From NCBI GenBank assembly GCA_014905635.1, contig JABVCE010000028.1, positions 186,001-250,000 on the forward strand: a stretch of DNA of 64,000 nucleotides. Reading direction: 5' to 3'. The notes below the pieces were generated by a model. It saw only the letters and a list, made by a program, of their open reading frames with translations, had not been told where the DNA came from and ran no database searches. Numbering within the stretch: the stretch's first letter is position 1; the number at the start of each line of letters is the position of its first letter. This DNA is from Scenedesmus sp. PABB004 (Eukaryota). Positions 37,944-49,900 of the stretch are shown here, piece by piece. Position numbers and translations under genes: made by a program.

Positions 37944-38886
37944 TCACAGCCGGGCGTAGCAGTGGTCGAGCAGCAGCCTCAGCTCCGCGGCCATCACGCC
38001 CTCAGCAAAGCGCAGCAGCGCGGCGTCGGGGGGGTCCCTGGCCCCGGCGAGGTCGGCGCAGAGCCCGACGAAGCGGGTGGGGTTCCACGCGCCGCCGTGC
38101 CGCGCGACGTGCGCCTCGGCAGGGGTCCCCGCCGCCAGCCGCTTCGCCTCCTGCGCGGGCGCGCGGCGTGGGCGGCGCGCCTGCTCGCCCCGCGCTGCTG
38201 CCGGGCTGCTCGCCCTGCTGCCGGGCTGCTCGCCCTGCTGCCGGGCTGCTGCGGCTCACCTGCAGCAGCGCCGGCCAGATGGGGTGGTCGCCCGCCGCGC
38301 GGTACCAGTAGGTTGCGTTGGAGAAGCCACTGCCAAACTCGCCGTCGCACAGCCCTTCCTGCCGGTGGACAATCGCATGCACGAGCGCCGCGTCGGCCGC
38401 CGCGGCGCTCCCAGGCACGGGCGCGCCGGCGTAGCTGGTCCAGCTGCCCCAGCAGAGCGGCGTGACGGCGTTATGCGCCGCGTCGAGGCCGCCGACGGCT
38501 GCGAGCAGCGCGCCGGCGATCACGCGGCCGAGGTGCTCCCGGAGCGGCGCGCCGGCGGCGCGCGACGGCGGCAGCACGTGCTCCGGCGCCAGGCCTTGCG
38601 CGCAGGGCGGCAGCGGCGTGGTCGGCGAGGCATCATACTGCATCGCCTGGCTGCCCACGGTCATCGGGTGAGCCGCCAGGTGGGCGAGCACCGCCTCCAC
38701 GCGCGGCGGGCGCCGCGGCGCGGCCTCCGCCGCCGGCGGCGCGCCCGCGGCCGCGGCGACCGCGACCGCGGCCGCCATGCCCGCCGCGCGCGGCGCCACG
38801 TGGCGCAGCGCCGCCCCCGCCGCGCGCGCGGCCGCGCGGCAGCGCGCTGCGCCGGCCGCCCGCGCCGCCGGCCGGGCGGGCAGCAT
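37944..38886 (-). CDS. Organelle-targeted protein of an uncharacterised family with an HRxEG..NAxYW..HP motif, 2 exons
   Basis: LDAAHNAV, HAIVHRQEG, FSNATYWYRAAGDHPIW, WNPTRFVGLC and ELRLLLDHC; one GT-AG intron. Confidence 0.7.
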
Positions 38887-39531
38887 GCGCCGGAGGGCGT
38901 GTGGCACCGCTGCTGCCGCTGCTGCTGCTGCTGACCGTGGTACCACCGCCGCCGCAGGGGCAGGGCGGCAGCGAGCGAGCGGCAGCAGCGCCGACGCCCG
39001 CGGCGCGTTGAGCGAGCGGGTGCGGGCGCGTCGGCGGCGAGGCGCCTGAGGCGCCTGAGGGCCGGGCGGCTGTGGGCTGCTCCAGGCCGCACGGCCGTCG
39101 ACTGCACGGCGCGAATCGCCGCGCCGCTGAGCTCCAGAGCTGACGGCGGCGGTCCAGCGCTGCTGCGCCGCGGGGGCTGAAACAACAGGGCGGACCCTCC
39201 ACGCCAGCGCACGGCTCGACGAAGCTGCCTGATCAGGGGCCGACAGCCGGCGGGACTGCAGGCAGCACGCCGCTGCCCGCCGCCGCCATCCTCGCTGCCG
39301 CCGCCGCCGCCCGGCTCGCCAGCCCGCCCGTGAGCTCCTCCCGCGCCGCGTCGGAGCTCTGCTACTGCTCTGCCTTTGACCCGCTGTGCGCTCGCCGCCA
39401 GGCGTCGCCGCGCCCGGCCGGCAGCGGCGCGGCAGCAGCGGCGGCCGCCGCCCGCGCGCGCGCCGCATGCGCCCGCGGCGCGCGCGCGCCGCCGCCGCCG
39501 CCGCCGCCGCCCCCGTGGGCGGCCGCCGGCC

Positions 39532-40548
39532 ATGTTCATCCTGACCACGCTCGAGGCGGACGTGCGCGTGCACCCGCGCGACCTCGCGAAGCCGCCGCTC
39601 TCGGCCGTCGTCGACGTGCTCGAGGGCCAGTACCTCGACCGGGTGGTGCCAGACCTGGGGCTCGTGGTCACGATCTACGACGTCGCCTCCCTCGCGGGCG
39701 GGACCATCTACCCCAACGACGGCGCCGCGTTCTTCAAGGCGGCCTTCCGCGCCGTCGTGTTCCGGCCCTTCGTCGGGGAGGTGCTCGTCGGGCGGCTCAC
39801 GAGCTGCAGCAGGTGAGCGGGCGGCCCGGCCCGGCCCGGGCCGGCGGGCGCGGCGGCGGCACGGCAGCGGCGGCAGCGGCGCAGGCGGGAGGGCGGGGAG
39901 GGCGCCGGCAGCAGCAGCGGCGGGGACGGCGCGGGCGCGGCCGCCGGCGCGCGGCCGCGCCCGCGCGCCCGCGCCCCCTCCCGCGCACGCGCGCTCACGC
40001 GCCTGCCGCCGCCGCCCGCGCGCCCCGTGCGCGCCCGCCGCGCCAGGGAGGGCCTGCGCGTGAGCCTCGGCTTCTTCGGGGACGTGCTCGTCCCCGACTA
40101 CGCGCTGCAGACGCCGTCGTTCTTTGACGAGGCGGAGGGCCTCTGGGTGTGGAAGTACGACGGCGGGGACATGTACATGGACATCGGCGAGGAGGTCCGC
40201 CTGCGCGTCGCGGGGCTGCGCTTCAACCCCACGCCCACCACGGCGCAGCTCGCGGCGGCGGCGGCCGCGGCCGCGGCCGCCGCCGCGGCGGCGGGCGGCC
40301 CGCCGCCGGCGCCCGCGCCGACGGTGCACGCGCCGATGGAGGTGCTGGGTGACATCGACGGCGACGGCCTGGGCCTGACCTGCTGGTGGCTGCCCCGGCG
40401 GACGGCGACGGCGGCGCGGCGCAGTGAGCCGCGCGGCCGGCGCGGCGGCGGCGCGGGGGTGCTGCCGTGGCTGCGCGGCGCCGCTGGCCGCAGCGGCGCT
40501 GCTGATGCAGCAGGGCCCCCCGGGGGCTGGGGCGGGGCCGGGGCGTGA
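39532..40548 (+). CDS. RPC8: RNA polymerase III subunit RPC8 (C25/POLR3H), 2 exons; the true stop may be at 40426
   Basis: MFILTTLEADVRVHP, RVVPDLGLVVTIYD, FRAVVFRPFVGEVLVGR, GLRVSLGFFGDV, WVWKY and DGLGLTCWW. Confidence 0.93.
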
Positions 40549-40583
40549 GCGGGAGCGCGGCGTGGCCCGTGTTACCGCCGTGA

Positions 40584-41339
40584 TCACGTGACCGCGCCGC
40601 CTGCAGCTGCCAGCACGCCGCCGCTCGGCGCCACGCGGTGGGCCTGGGCCGCCCCGCTGCTGGGCGCGGCGCCGCCGGCCGCGTGCACGATGCTGATGTC
40701 GAGCCGCGCGAGCGACGCGAGGCAGATGCCGCGCGACCCGGGCGGCCGCGTGGCGCGCGCGAGCGCCTCGACCTCCCCGAACGTGCGCACGCCGGCGTCA
40801 GCGGTCACGACCAGGCGCAGGCTCGAGAGCGCCGGCAGCGCGGCCGCGAGCTCGTGCAGCTGCTCCCAGTCCGCGGGGCGCGCGCCGATCGCCGCCGCGA
40901 GCGCCGTGACCGCGCGCAGGCGGCGCGGCGCGCCGGCGCCGCCGCACGGGCGCCGCCGCTGCGGCGCGGCACCCCACCGCGGCCACTGCGCGGCGGGGGC
41001 CGGCGCCTCCTCCCAGGCGCGCACGGTGCAGCTGGTGATGCGCCCGTCCACCGCGGCGGCAAAGCGCCGGCACGCCAGCCGGGCCGCCGGCAGTGCGGCC
41101 GCCGGCGCCGCGGCGAGCACCAGGTCGAGCAGCTCGGCGGGCAGCGCTGGCCGCTGGTCGCTCGCGAGCGGCGGCAGCGCCGCCGGCGCCGCCAGCTCGC
41201 CAGCAGGCTGGCACGACTCGGGGGCGTCCATGAGCAGCTCGTGTGAGGGTACTGCGCCGCCGGGCTGCGGGCGGCGTCCAGGGGCGGCAGCGGAGGAGCG
41301 GGTGCCGCCGCCGCCGCCGCCGCTCAGCACGTTGCCCAT
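40584..41339 (-). CDS. F-box-like protein with predicted N-myristoylation site
   Basis: MGNVLS (MGxxxS); LPAELLDLVLAAAP...ARLACRRFAAAV F-box-like motif; LRR-like LPALSSLRL and LASLARLDI. Confidence 0.6.
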   Translation of the reverse strand: MGNVLSGGGGGGTRSSAAAPGRRPQPGGAVPSHELLMDAPESCQPAGELAAPAALPPLASDQRPALPAELLDLVLAAAPAAALPAARLACRRFAAAVDGRITSCTVRAWEEAPAPAAQWPRWGAAPQRRRPCGGAGAPRRLRAVTALAAAIGARPADWEQLHELAAALPALSSLRLVVTADAGVRTFGEVEALARATRPPGSRGICLASLARLDISIVHAAGGAAPSSGAAQAHRVAPSGGVLAAAGGAVT

Positions 41340-42078
41340 GGCCGACGCGCGGGGGCGCGACGGCTCGTTTGAGCTCAGGGGTGTGCGCGGGTGGCCGGCG
41401 CGAGCGCGGGCTGGCGCGGCTGTGTGCTGGCGGGTGCTCGCGGGTTTGCCGGCTGGACTGCGGGCTCAGGGCGCGCGACCAGCCCCTGGCACGGCGGTGG
41501 AGAGTCGTCTTAAGGTCGGTGGAAACGCGGCGCGGCCGCACGGCCGCGGCGGGGGGCTTGGGGTTTGTGGCGGGCCGCGAGCGCGCCGCCGCGCCACGCC
41601 GCCGCGCCGTCGCTCCAAGCCCCCTGGCCTGGCCTTCCAGCTCCTCCTCCACGCCATGAGAGCTGGCGGCGTGTCCACTTGCGATTGCCGTCGCGCAGCG
41701 CCGTCGGCGGCGGGCGGGGCGGCGCAGCCTGCGCCGGCGGAGCAAGCGCTCGGGTCCGCCGCACACGCCCCGGCGCGGCAGTAGCCAGTGGGTTCGGGCG
41801 GCGGGCGGGCGATGCCGCACCGCCTGCGCCGGAGACCGCGTCATTGACATTGACCGCCGGTGCCGGGCGCGGCGGGCGCCAGTTCGCTGGCTCCCCGCCG
41901 TCCACGCGTTCTTCACCCACGCGCTACGCTCCAAACCCGCTCCGCTCGAGGCTGATCGGCTTTGAACGCAAAGTTGCGCGGCCAAGCCGACCGGCAAGGG
42001 CGCCTACCCACGCCCCCAGCCCGCCCCCGGGCGCTTATCAAGTACACGCACGCGTCCGGCGGCCGGCGCGCCGCGGCC

Positions 42079-43951
42079 ATGCCGCCCTCGCGACGCCGCG
42101 GCGGGCTGACCGGCGGCGGGATCGCGCTCTGCGCCGCGCTGGCGGCTCTGTGCGCCGCCGCCCGCAGTGCGGCGGCCCAGGGTGAGGCTCCTGTACTGGA
42201 GGGGGCGGCGCCGGAGTCTGCGGCGCGCGCGCACGAGCGCGCGGCGGCGCCGCGCCGCGCCGTGGCAGCAGCGCCCGCCGCCGGTGCCAACGCGCCGCCC
42301 CCCGACCGCCGCCGCCCCGCTCCGCCGCCCGCCGCCGCAGGCGTCTGCGCGGCGGGGCTGCCGCCGGGCTCCTACAAGTGCGGCCCTGACGGAGCCATCT
42401 GCTGCACGTCCACGGCCAGCGCGGGCTGCCCCGTGTGCGGCGCCGTCGCGTTCAGTGAGCCCCGCCGCGCGCAGCGCCCGGCCGGCCGCGGCGCCGGCGG
42501 CGGCGCCCGCCGCGGCGGCTGACCGCGCGCCGACCCGCCGCCGCCGCCGTGGCGCCCGCGCCGCGCGCCGCCAGCGCCGTCGGTGTTGTGGGGCTGCGCC
42601 GGCGAGGCCTGGAGCCCGGGCGGGCGCCTCGCGGACTGGTCGTACGCCGGCTACCGCGCGGGCGCGGAGCCGCTCCCCGACCTGCCGCCGAGCGTGGACA
42701 TACAGGCCGCGTACGGCGCGCGCGGCGACGGCGCCACCGACGACACCGCGGCCTTCCAGGCGGCCATCGACGATGTCGCGGAGCAGGTGCGCTGACGCTG
42801 CTGCGTGCGCGTGCGCGGTCGCGCGCCGAGTGCAGGCGCCCAGCGGCGGCCGCGCGGCCGCGCCGCGCAGTCGCGCCGCCGCCGCCCACACTGCGCGCCG
42901 CGCCGTGCTGCGTGCGCTGGCGTGGCGGCGCGCAGGCAGTCATCCTCATCCCCGCGGGGCGGTACGTGCTGTCGGGCAAGCTCGACATCCCCAAGCGCGT
43001 CGTGCTCAAGGGCGCGGGGCGCGGCGCGACGACGCTCGCGTTCACCAAGTCGCTCACCGGTGCGCCCAGCGGCAGCGGCAGCCGCACGCCCGCCCGCATG
43101 GCTGGGCTGGGCTGGGCTGGCCGGCGCTGGCCTGGGCTCCCTGCCGGCCGGGGGCGCGCGAGCCGACGCGCCGCGCCGCGCCGCAGACCTGCTGGGCAAC
43201 AGGTGGTCAAACGGGAACAGCCAGTACACCTACGGCCCCGCGCTCATCAACTTCTGGGGCACGGGCCGCACCGACGCGAGCACGCTGCTCGCAACCGTCA
43301 CCAGGCGCGGCGGCGCGGTGCGGCGGCGTGGGGGAGGGGGCACGGGGCGCAGCACACTCCGCTTCCGCCGCCACCGGCAGGCGCAGCGCAGCGCGCCCCC
43401 TGTCCACGCCCGCCCCGCCCCGATGCGCCGCCGCCCGCCCGCGCCGCGCAGGCCCGCGGCGCGCGGCTCGACGCGGCTGTACGTGTCGTCGACGTCCGCG
43501 TTTGCGACCAACGCGTGGGTGCGGCTGCTGCTCGACAACGTCAACGGCACGCTCGTCCCCGACCTCAACAGCGGCCTGCAGCCCGCCGACCCGCAGCACG
43601 CGGGCAAGGCAGACGCCGTGCTGTTCAGCTTCAAGGTCACAGAGGTGCGCGCGTGTGTGTTTTGAGGGGCGGCCTCAACCCCCGAGGGGCGCGGTGCGCG
43701 CCCGCCCCGCCCGCCGCCCGTGCTGCCAAGCGGCGGGCGCGCCCGCCCTCGCCGTGGCCGCCCCCGCCGGCGCGCGCCGCCCCGGTGCCCATGCCCCGTG
43801 CCCTGCCGCTCCTGCCTCCCACACGCCAGATCGGGCCCGACTACGTCGGCTTCACCCGGCCGCTCGCGTTCAACGTCTCCACCGCCTGGCAGCCGGAGCT
43901 GCACTCCTGGACGCCCTTCACGCGCACCGGTGCGTTCGCGCCGCCGCGCGC

Positions 43952-43989
<38 letters not shown>

Positions 43990-46900
43990 GCCGCGAGCCG
44001 CCGCACGCGCCGGTGCAGAGTGCGGCGTGGAGGGGCTGACGATTGAGATGCCGTGGACGCCCTACGGGGGCATGAACAAGGAGGCCGGCTGGAACGCGCT
44101 CAACTTCTGGTGGACGCCGCACTCCTGGGTCAGCGACGTGGCGATCCTCAACGCAGGCGCGCACGCGCGCGTGTGCGCGGAGAGAAGGCCGCCGCGCCGG
44201 GCCGGGCGGGCGGCGGCCCTGGCTCTGACCAACGCGGGGCCTCACACCGGCCGGCCCGCGCCGCGCAGACCTGGGCCTGGTCGTGGACGGCTCGCCCTTC
44301 TTCACCGTGCGCCAGCTGGCGCTCGGCGTGACCGCGCCGCGCAGCCCCGCCACGGGCTACGAGGGCACGTGGGGCGTGTGGCTCAAGAACGGCGCCGACG
44401 TGCTCGTCACGCAGTTCAACGTCTCCGCCGTCTTCGTGCAGGACTTTGCCGTCCAGGCGCGGCGCGCAGCGCACGCGGCCTGCAGCGTGGCGCGGCGCGG
44501 CGCGCGCGGCGTGCAGCGGCGCGACGCGCGCACGCACCACGGGCTCCATCCCCGCGCGCGAACGCCGCCGCGCGCTGCGCTGCCTGCGCGCGGTCGCGCG
44601 CACGCCCACCCGCCCGCCGCCCGTCCGCCCCTGCGACGCGCACGCAGGCGTTCCAGCTCGGCACCGTGCTCAGCAACGGCGTGGGGCGCAACCTCAGCGT
44701 GAACGCGCTCTATGCGGGGCCCTACGCCACGCTCGTGTCCAACGTCCACTTTGGCGCGGCGCGCCTGCCCTACGCGCCCAGCGGCGCGGGGCCCAAGGCC
44801 TCGTCCTTCATGACCTTTTGGAACGCACGGGTGCGCGGGCGGGCAGGGTTCAGGGCTTAGGGCGGGCGAGACAGCCGGGTGGCGGCTCGCGGCGGCCCCA
44901 CACCACGCGCGACCGCCGCCGCCGCCGCGCTGCGTCGCACCGCAGGGCGACGTGCCGCTGCCGATGCCGCGCCCCGCGTACGGGCCGGCGATGACGTGGG
45001 TCGGCGCGGCGCTGGGGTCGTTTGCAGGCATGAACACCAGGCGAGCCCGGCGACCAGGGGTGCACAGGGTTATGGGTTTAAGGCTTGACGGCAGCCAGGG
45101 AGGGAGGGAGCCGGGGACGGGAGATGCACCGCACGCGGTGCCGAGGCTGCTGAGCGGCCTTGCCCCCGGGCGGCGCGCCGGGCGGGCGGCTGACGCGCGC
45201 GCTCTGCCGCCGCGCTGCACGCGCCGCGCACCGCTCGCAGCCTCGGGTGGTACATCGAGAACAACGGCACCGTGACCTGGCCGGTGGACCTCGCGGCCGC
45301 GCAGCTCGCGCGCCGCCTCGCGCCGCAGGACGCCGACACGGGCTTTGGCCCAGGTGCGCCGCGCCGCCGGCAGCGGGCGGCGCCGCGGGTCAGTCTTTGG
45401 GCTCCATCACCCCACGCCGCCCCTGCTCCCCCGCAGGCTACGGCTGCGACCCCGCGGCGTCGACCATCTGCTGCATCGGCTTCTCCAATGTCACCTGCCC
45501 CGCCTGCCCGCCGGGCTACGGCCTCCCCAGGTGCGGCGCGCATGCGGCGGGCGCACTGTGCCGCGCCGCGCCGCGCTGGCCGACCGCCGACGCGCCCGCC
45601 GCGCCGCGCCGCGCAGCAAGCTGTGGGGCTGCGCCGGCGAGCTGTACGCCGCACCCAACAGCACCGGCGCCGCGCGGCTGCTCGACTGGAGCTACGCCGG
45701 CTACATGGCCGGCGAGGCGCCAATCCCCCGCCTGCCGATCGTCACCAGCGTCATGGTGCGGCGGCGGCGGCAGGGTTTAGCGCGCGCGGGGGCCTGCTGC
45801 CGCAGCCGCCTGTGGGCGGCGGCGGCGCCGCTCGGCGCGCGGCGGCGGGCGCTCAGCGCTCAGCACCGCGCCGCGCTGCGCAGGACTTTGGCGCCGTCGG
45901 CGACGGCGTGGCGGACGACAGCGCCGCGTTCCTGGCGGCCGTGGACGCGATCGGGCGCGCAGGCACCATCCTCGTGCCGGCCGGGCGTTACGTCATCACC
46001 CGCCAGATCAACATCCCCAACCGCGTCGTGCTGCGAGGTGCGCCGCCGGGTGACCCGGCCGAGCTGAGCCCAGGCTGAGCAGTCGTGAGCCAGCCAAGCT
46101 GAGCGGAGCTGGGCTCACCCCAGCGCCTGCGCCGCCCCCCAGGCGAGCACCCGTCGGCGACGCGCCTCGTGTTCCCCAAGTCCCTGAGCGAGGTGCTCGG
46201 CAACGGCACCTACACCTACGGCCCCGCGTTCCTGCAGTTCAACGGCGCCTCCTCGCTCGACCAGCGCACCTTCCTCGCCAACGTCACGCGGGTGCGGCGG
46301 CGGCGGCGCGCCGCGGCGGCGCACGTGCAGCTCGCACGCGCTGCGCGCTGCGCGCGGGCCGCAGCACGCCGCCGCGGGGTGACCCGTCCCGCGCTCGCGC
46401 GCGTGCGGCGCAGGGCGCCCCGCGCGGCAGCAGCGTGCTGTACGTCACGGACTCGACCGCGTTTGCGCCGGGGCAGTGGGTGCGGCTCACGCAGAGCAGC
46501 CCCGCGGCGGGCGGGCTCGTGCGGGACCTCATGTCCGGCCTGCTGCCAGAGTCGGCCGACTACCGGTGCGGCCGCCGCTGGCTGGGCCTTGAGCCGCCGC
46601 CACCACCGCGGGCGTGCGCCGGGCTCGCCCCTGGGGCGCCGGCAGCCCGGGCCAGCCTGAGCGTTGAACCGCCGTGGCCGCGCGCGCAGGTCGCAGCCGA
46701 ACCTGCTCAACTTCAACTCCCGCGTCGCCCTCGTGGGCGCGGGCTTCATCAAGCTCGAGCGCGCGCTGCCCTACAACGTCTCCACCGCCTGGGCGCCCGC
46801 GCTGCACCTGTTTGAGCGTGCGCGCGCGCACCTGAGCTCCGCTCGAACGGCACGCCCGCGCGCGCGCGCGGCACCCGCGCCGACGCCGCCGCGCCCCTCT

Positions 46901-49900
46901 GCGCGCCCCGTGCCGCCGCGCAGTGTCGTACAGCCGGCAGCAGGTTGGCGTGGAGGACCTGACCATCGAGTTCCCCCTGACGCCCTACAGGTAGGATGGA
47001 GTTCCCTCTGGCCGCGCGGGGCGCGGCCGGGACCTCGGCCGCGCGCCGTGCTGCGCCCTGCCGCGCGGCGTGCCCCACCGCCGCGCCTTGACACCGCCGC
47101 GCCTTGACACCGCCGCGCTGTGCCACGTGCTGTGTGTGCCGCGCAGGGGCGTGGGCAAGGAGGCCGGGTTCAACGCCATCTACTTCTGGTCGACGGTGCA
47201 CTGCTGGGTGCGCAACGTGGCAATCATCAACGCCGACATGGCCGTCACTCTCGACGGCACCCACTTCTGCACGGTGCGCGCGCGCCGCCGCCGCGCCGCG
47301 CGGGCTCACCTGGCGCGCGAGCCTCGCGCCGAGCCCGCCCGCCCCTCCCCTGCCCCGGCGCGCAGGTCGACGGCCTGCAGCTGAGCAGCGGCCTGCGCGG
47401 CGTGTCCAACGGGCTGTGGGGCGTGTGGCTGAAGAACGGGGCAGACAACCTGGTCAAGGGCTTCAACGCCGGCGTGCGCCTCGTGCGCGATATCGCGGTG
47501 CAGGGCCTGCAGCCCGGCACAGTCATCGCCAACAGTGCGCGCGCCGCACGGCCGCTGACACGCCCGCACCCGCGCGCGGCCCCGAGGCGCGCACCGCCTC
47601 GGAGTGTGCCCTGCGCTGACGTCGGCCCGCGCCGCTCCGCCGTCCGCGTCAGGTACGGGCGTGGACCTGGGCGTCGACGCGATGTACGGCGGACCGTACG
47701 GCCTGCTGCTGTCCAACCTGGACCTCGGGCACGGCTCGCGGCCGTGGGGCTCCGCGCCGGGCACCGACGTGACGAGCTTTATGACGGCTTGGAACCTCGC
47801 CAGCGCGGCCAAGGCGCGGGTGGGACCCGAGCGGCGCGGCGCGCGCAGCGCGGGGCGCGGCTGGCGCCGCCGCGCCGTGCGGGGCGGGGAGGGTGGGTGT
47901 GACCCACACTCACGCGCGCCGTGCTCTTGCACGCGCAGATGGCCGCGCCGGGCCCCAGCTACGGGCCGCTGCTCAACTTGGTGGGCCTGAACATCACCGA
48001 CCCCGCGCCCCCGCCCGCGCTGGCGTGGTACAACGAGAACGCGGCGGTGCAGGTGACGCCCGGCGCGCGCGGGCACCACGCGTGCACTGGCACCGGCGGG
48101 CTCGCAGCACGCAGCGCGCGCCCGCTGCTGCCGCCGCCGCGCAGCCCGCGCACGCTGCTCACACCACCGCGTGCTGACCGCACGCCGCGGGGGCGGCCGC
48201 AGGTGTATCCGGCTGACCTCTACGCTGCGCAGCACTACGCGCGGCTGGGGCTCACGCCCGAGGCGTACGGCGGCGAGGGGCAGGTGACCTACGTGAGCCC
48301 CGGCTACGCCTGCGCGGGCTGGGCGCGCTGCCTCGTCGGCAGCAGCAACGCGACGATGCCGGCCTGCCCCGCGAGCGCCACGGGTGCGCGGGCGGCGGCG
48401 GCGGCGGCGGCCGGCGGGCGGCCGCGCGCGCGCCCGCGCCCCCGCCTCACGCGCCCCCGCGCGGCTCCGCGCAGCGCCGAGCGCGCACTTTGGCTGCGCC
48501 GGCGAGCTCTGGGCGCCGGCGGGGCGCCTGCCGGCGGACTGGTCGTTCACGGGGTACGGCTTTGGCGACCGGCCCATCCCGGACGTGCCGGTGGTGGCAA
48601 ACATCAAGGACTACGGCGCCAAGGGCGACAACGTGACTGACGACACCGCCGCCTTCCTGCGCGCGTATGCCGACCCCGAGGCACGCGCGCCCAGCTGGCG
48701 GCGCGGCACGCCCAGCTGGCAGCGGCGGCGCCCCGGGCGGCGCGGCACGCCCGGCCGGCTCGGCCCTCGAGCGGGGGCTGCCCTCTCTCTGGCCGCCGCT
48801 CACCCGCCCTGCCGCCCGGCTCGCCGCTGCCCCCCGCCCTCCGCCGCGCAGGTCGACAACGGCGCGCTGTACCTGCCGCCCGGCGTGTACCGCCTCACGC
48901 AGGCGCTCGACACGCGCAAGTCGCTCGTGCTGCGCGGCGCGGGGCGGGGGCTCACGACCATCTTCATCCCGCTCAGCCTCACCCAGGTCTACGGCAACAC
49001 CTGGTCCGAGGTGGGCCGCGCTGTGCTGCGGTGGGGTGTGCTGTGCTGCGCTGTGCTGCGCTGTGCGGCCGGGCACCGAGGGGCGACGCGCCTGGCGCCT
49101 GGCACGACGCGCCGCGCCACGCCGCGCCGCGCGCAGTCTGGCTCCGGCTCCAATGTGTCGGACTACAGCCACGGCACTGGCTTCCTCAACTGGTGGGGCT
49201 GGGACCCCGTCGCGGCCGACCGCACGCTGCTGGCGAGCGTGACCGCCCCTGCGCCGCGCGGCGCGACGGTGCTGCAGGTGCGCGGGCGGGGGCGGGGCCG
49301 GCGGCACGCGGCGGCACCGGCGGCGGCCCGCCCGCAGCTGCCCGGCGCCGCCCGACCCGCCCGCCGCGCCGGTCGCAGGTCAGCAGCACCTCCGGCATGG
49401 CCGTGGGCCAGTGGGTGCGGCTCAACATGGACGACCCAGGTGCGCGCTCCCGTGCTGCCCGTGCCCGCCGCGCGTGCACCGCGACATGGCGGGCCCGCCG
49501 CGAGCGCAGCCCCGCCCCCGCCGCCGCCGACCGCGCCCACCTGCTGCTGCAGGCGACGGCAGCCTCGGCCTGGACATGGCCGGCGGCTACCTGCCGGGCG
49601 GCGCCAACCAGCGCGGCGCGCGCAGCATGATCCGCCACCTCTCCCGCATCAGCGCCCTCGGCGCGGGCTGGATCAGGCGCGCGGCCTTGCGCGCGAGTGC
49701 CAGGGGCCGCGGCGGCCGCCGCCGTCCCGGAGGCAACGGGGGGGTGCTGACTCGCGGCGCGCGCGCCACGCTGCAGGCTGGAGCGCCCCGTGCTGGCCAA
49801 CGTGTCGCTCGCGTGGCGGCCGACGGTGCACCGCTTCGCGCCCCTCACCACCAACGCGGGCGTGGAGCGGCTGACCATCGCCTTCCCCCTTACCAAGTAC

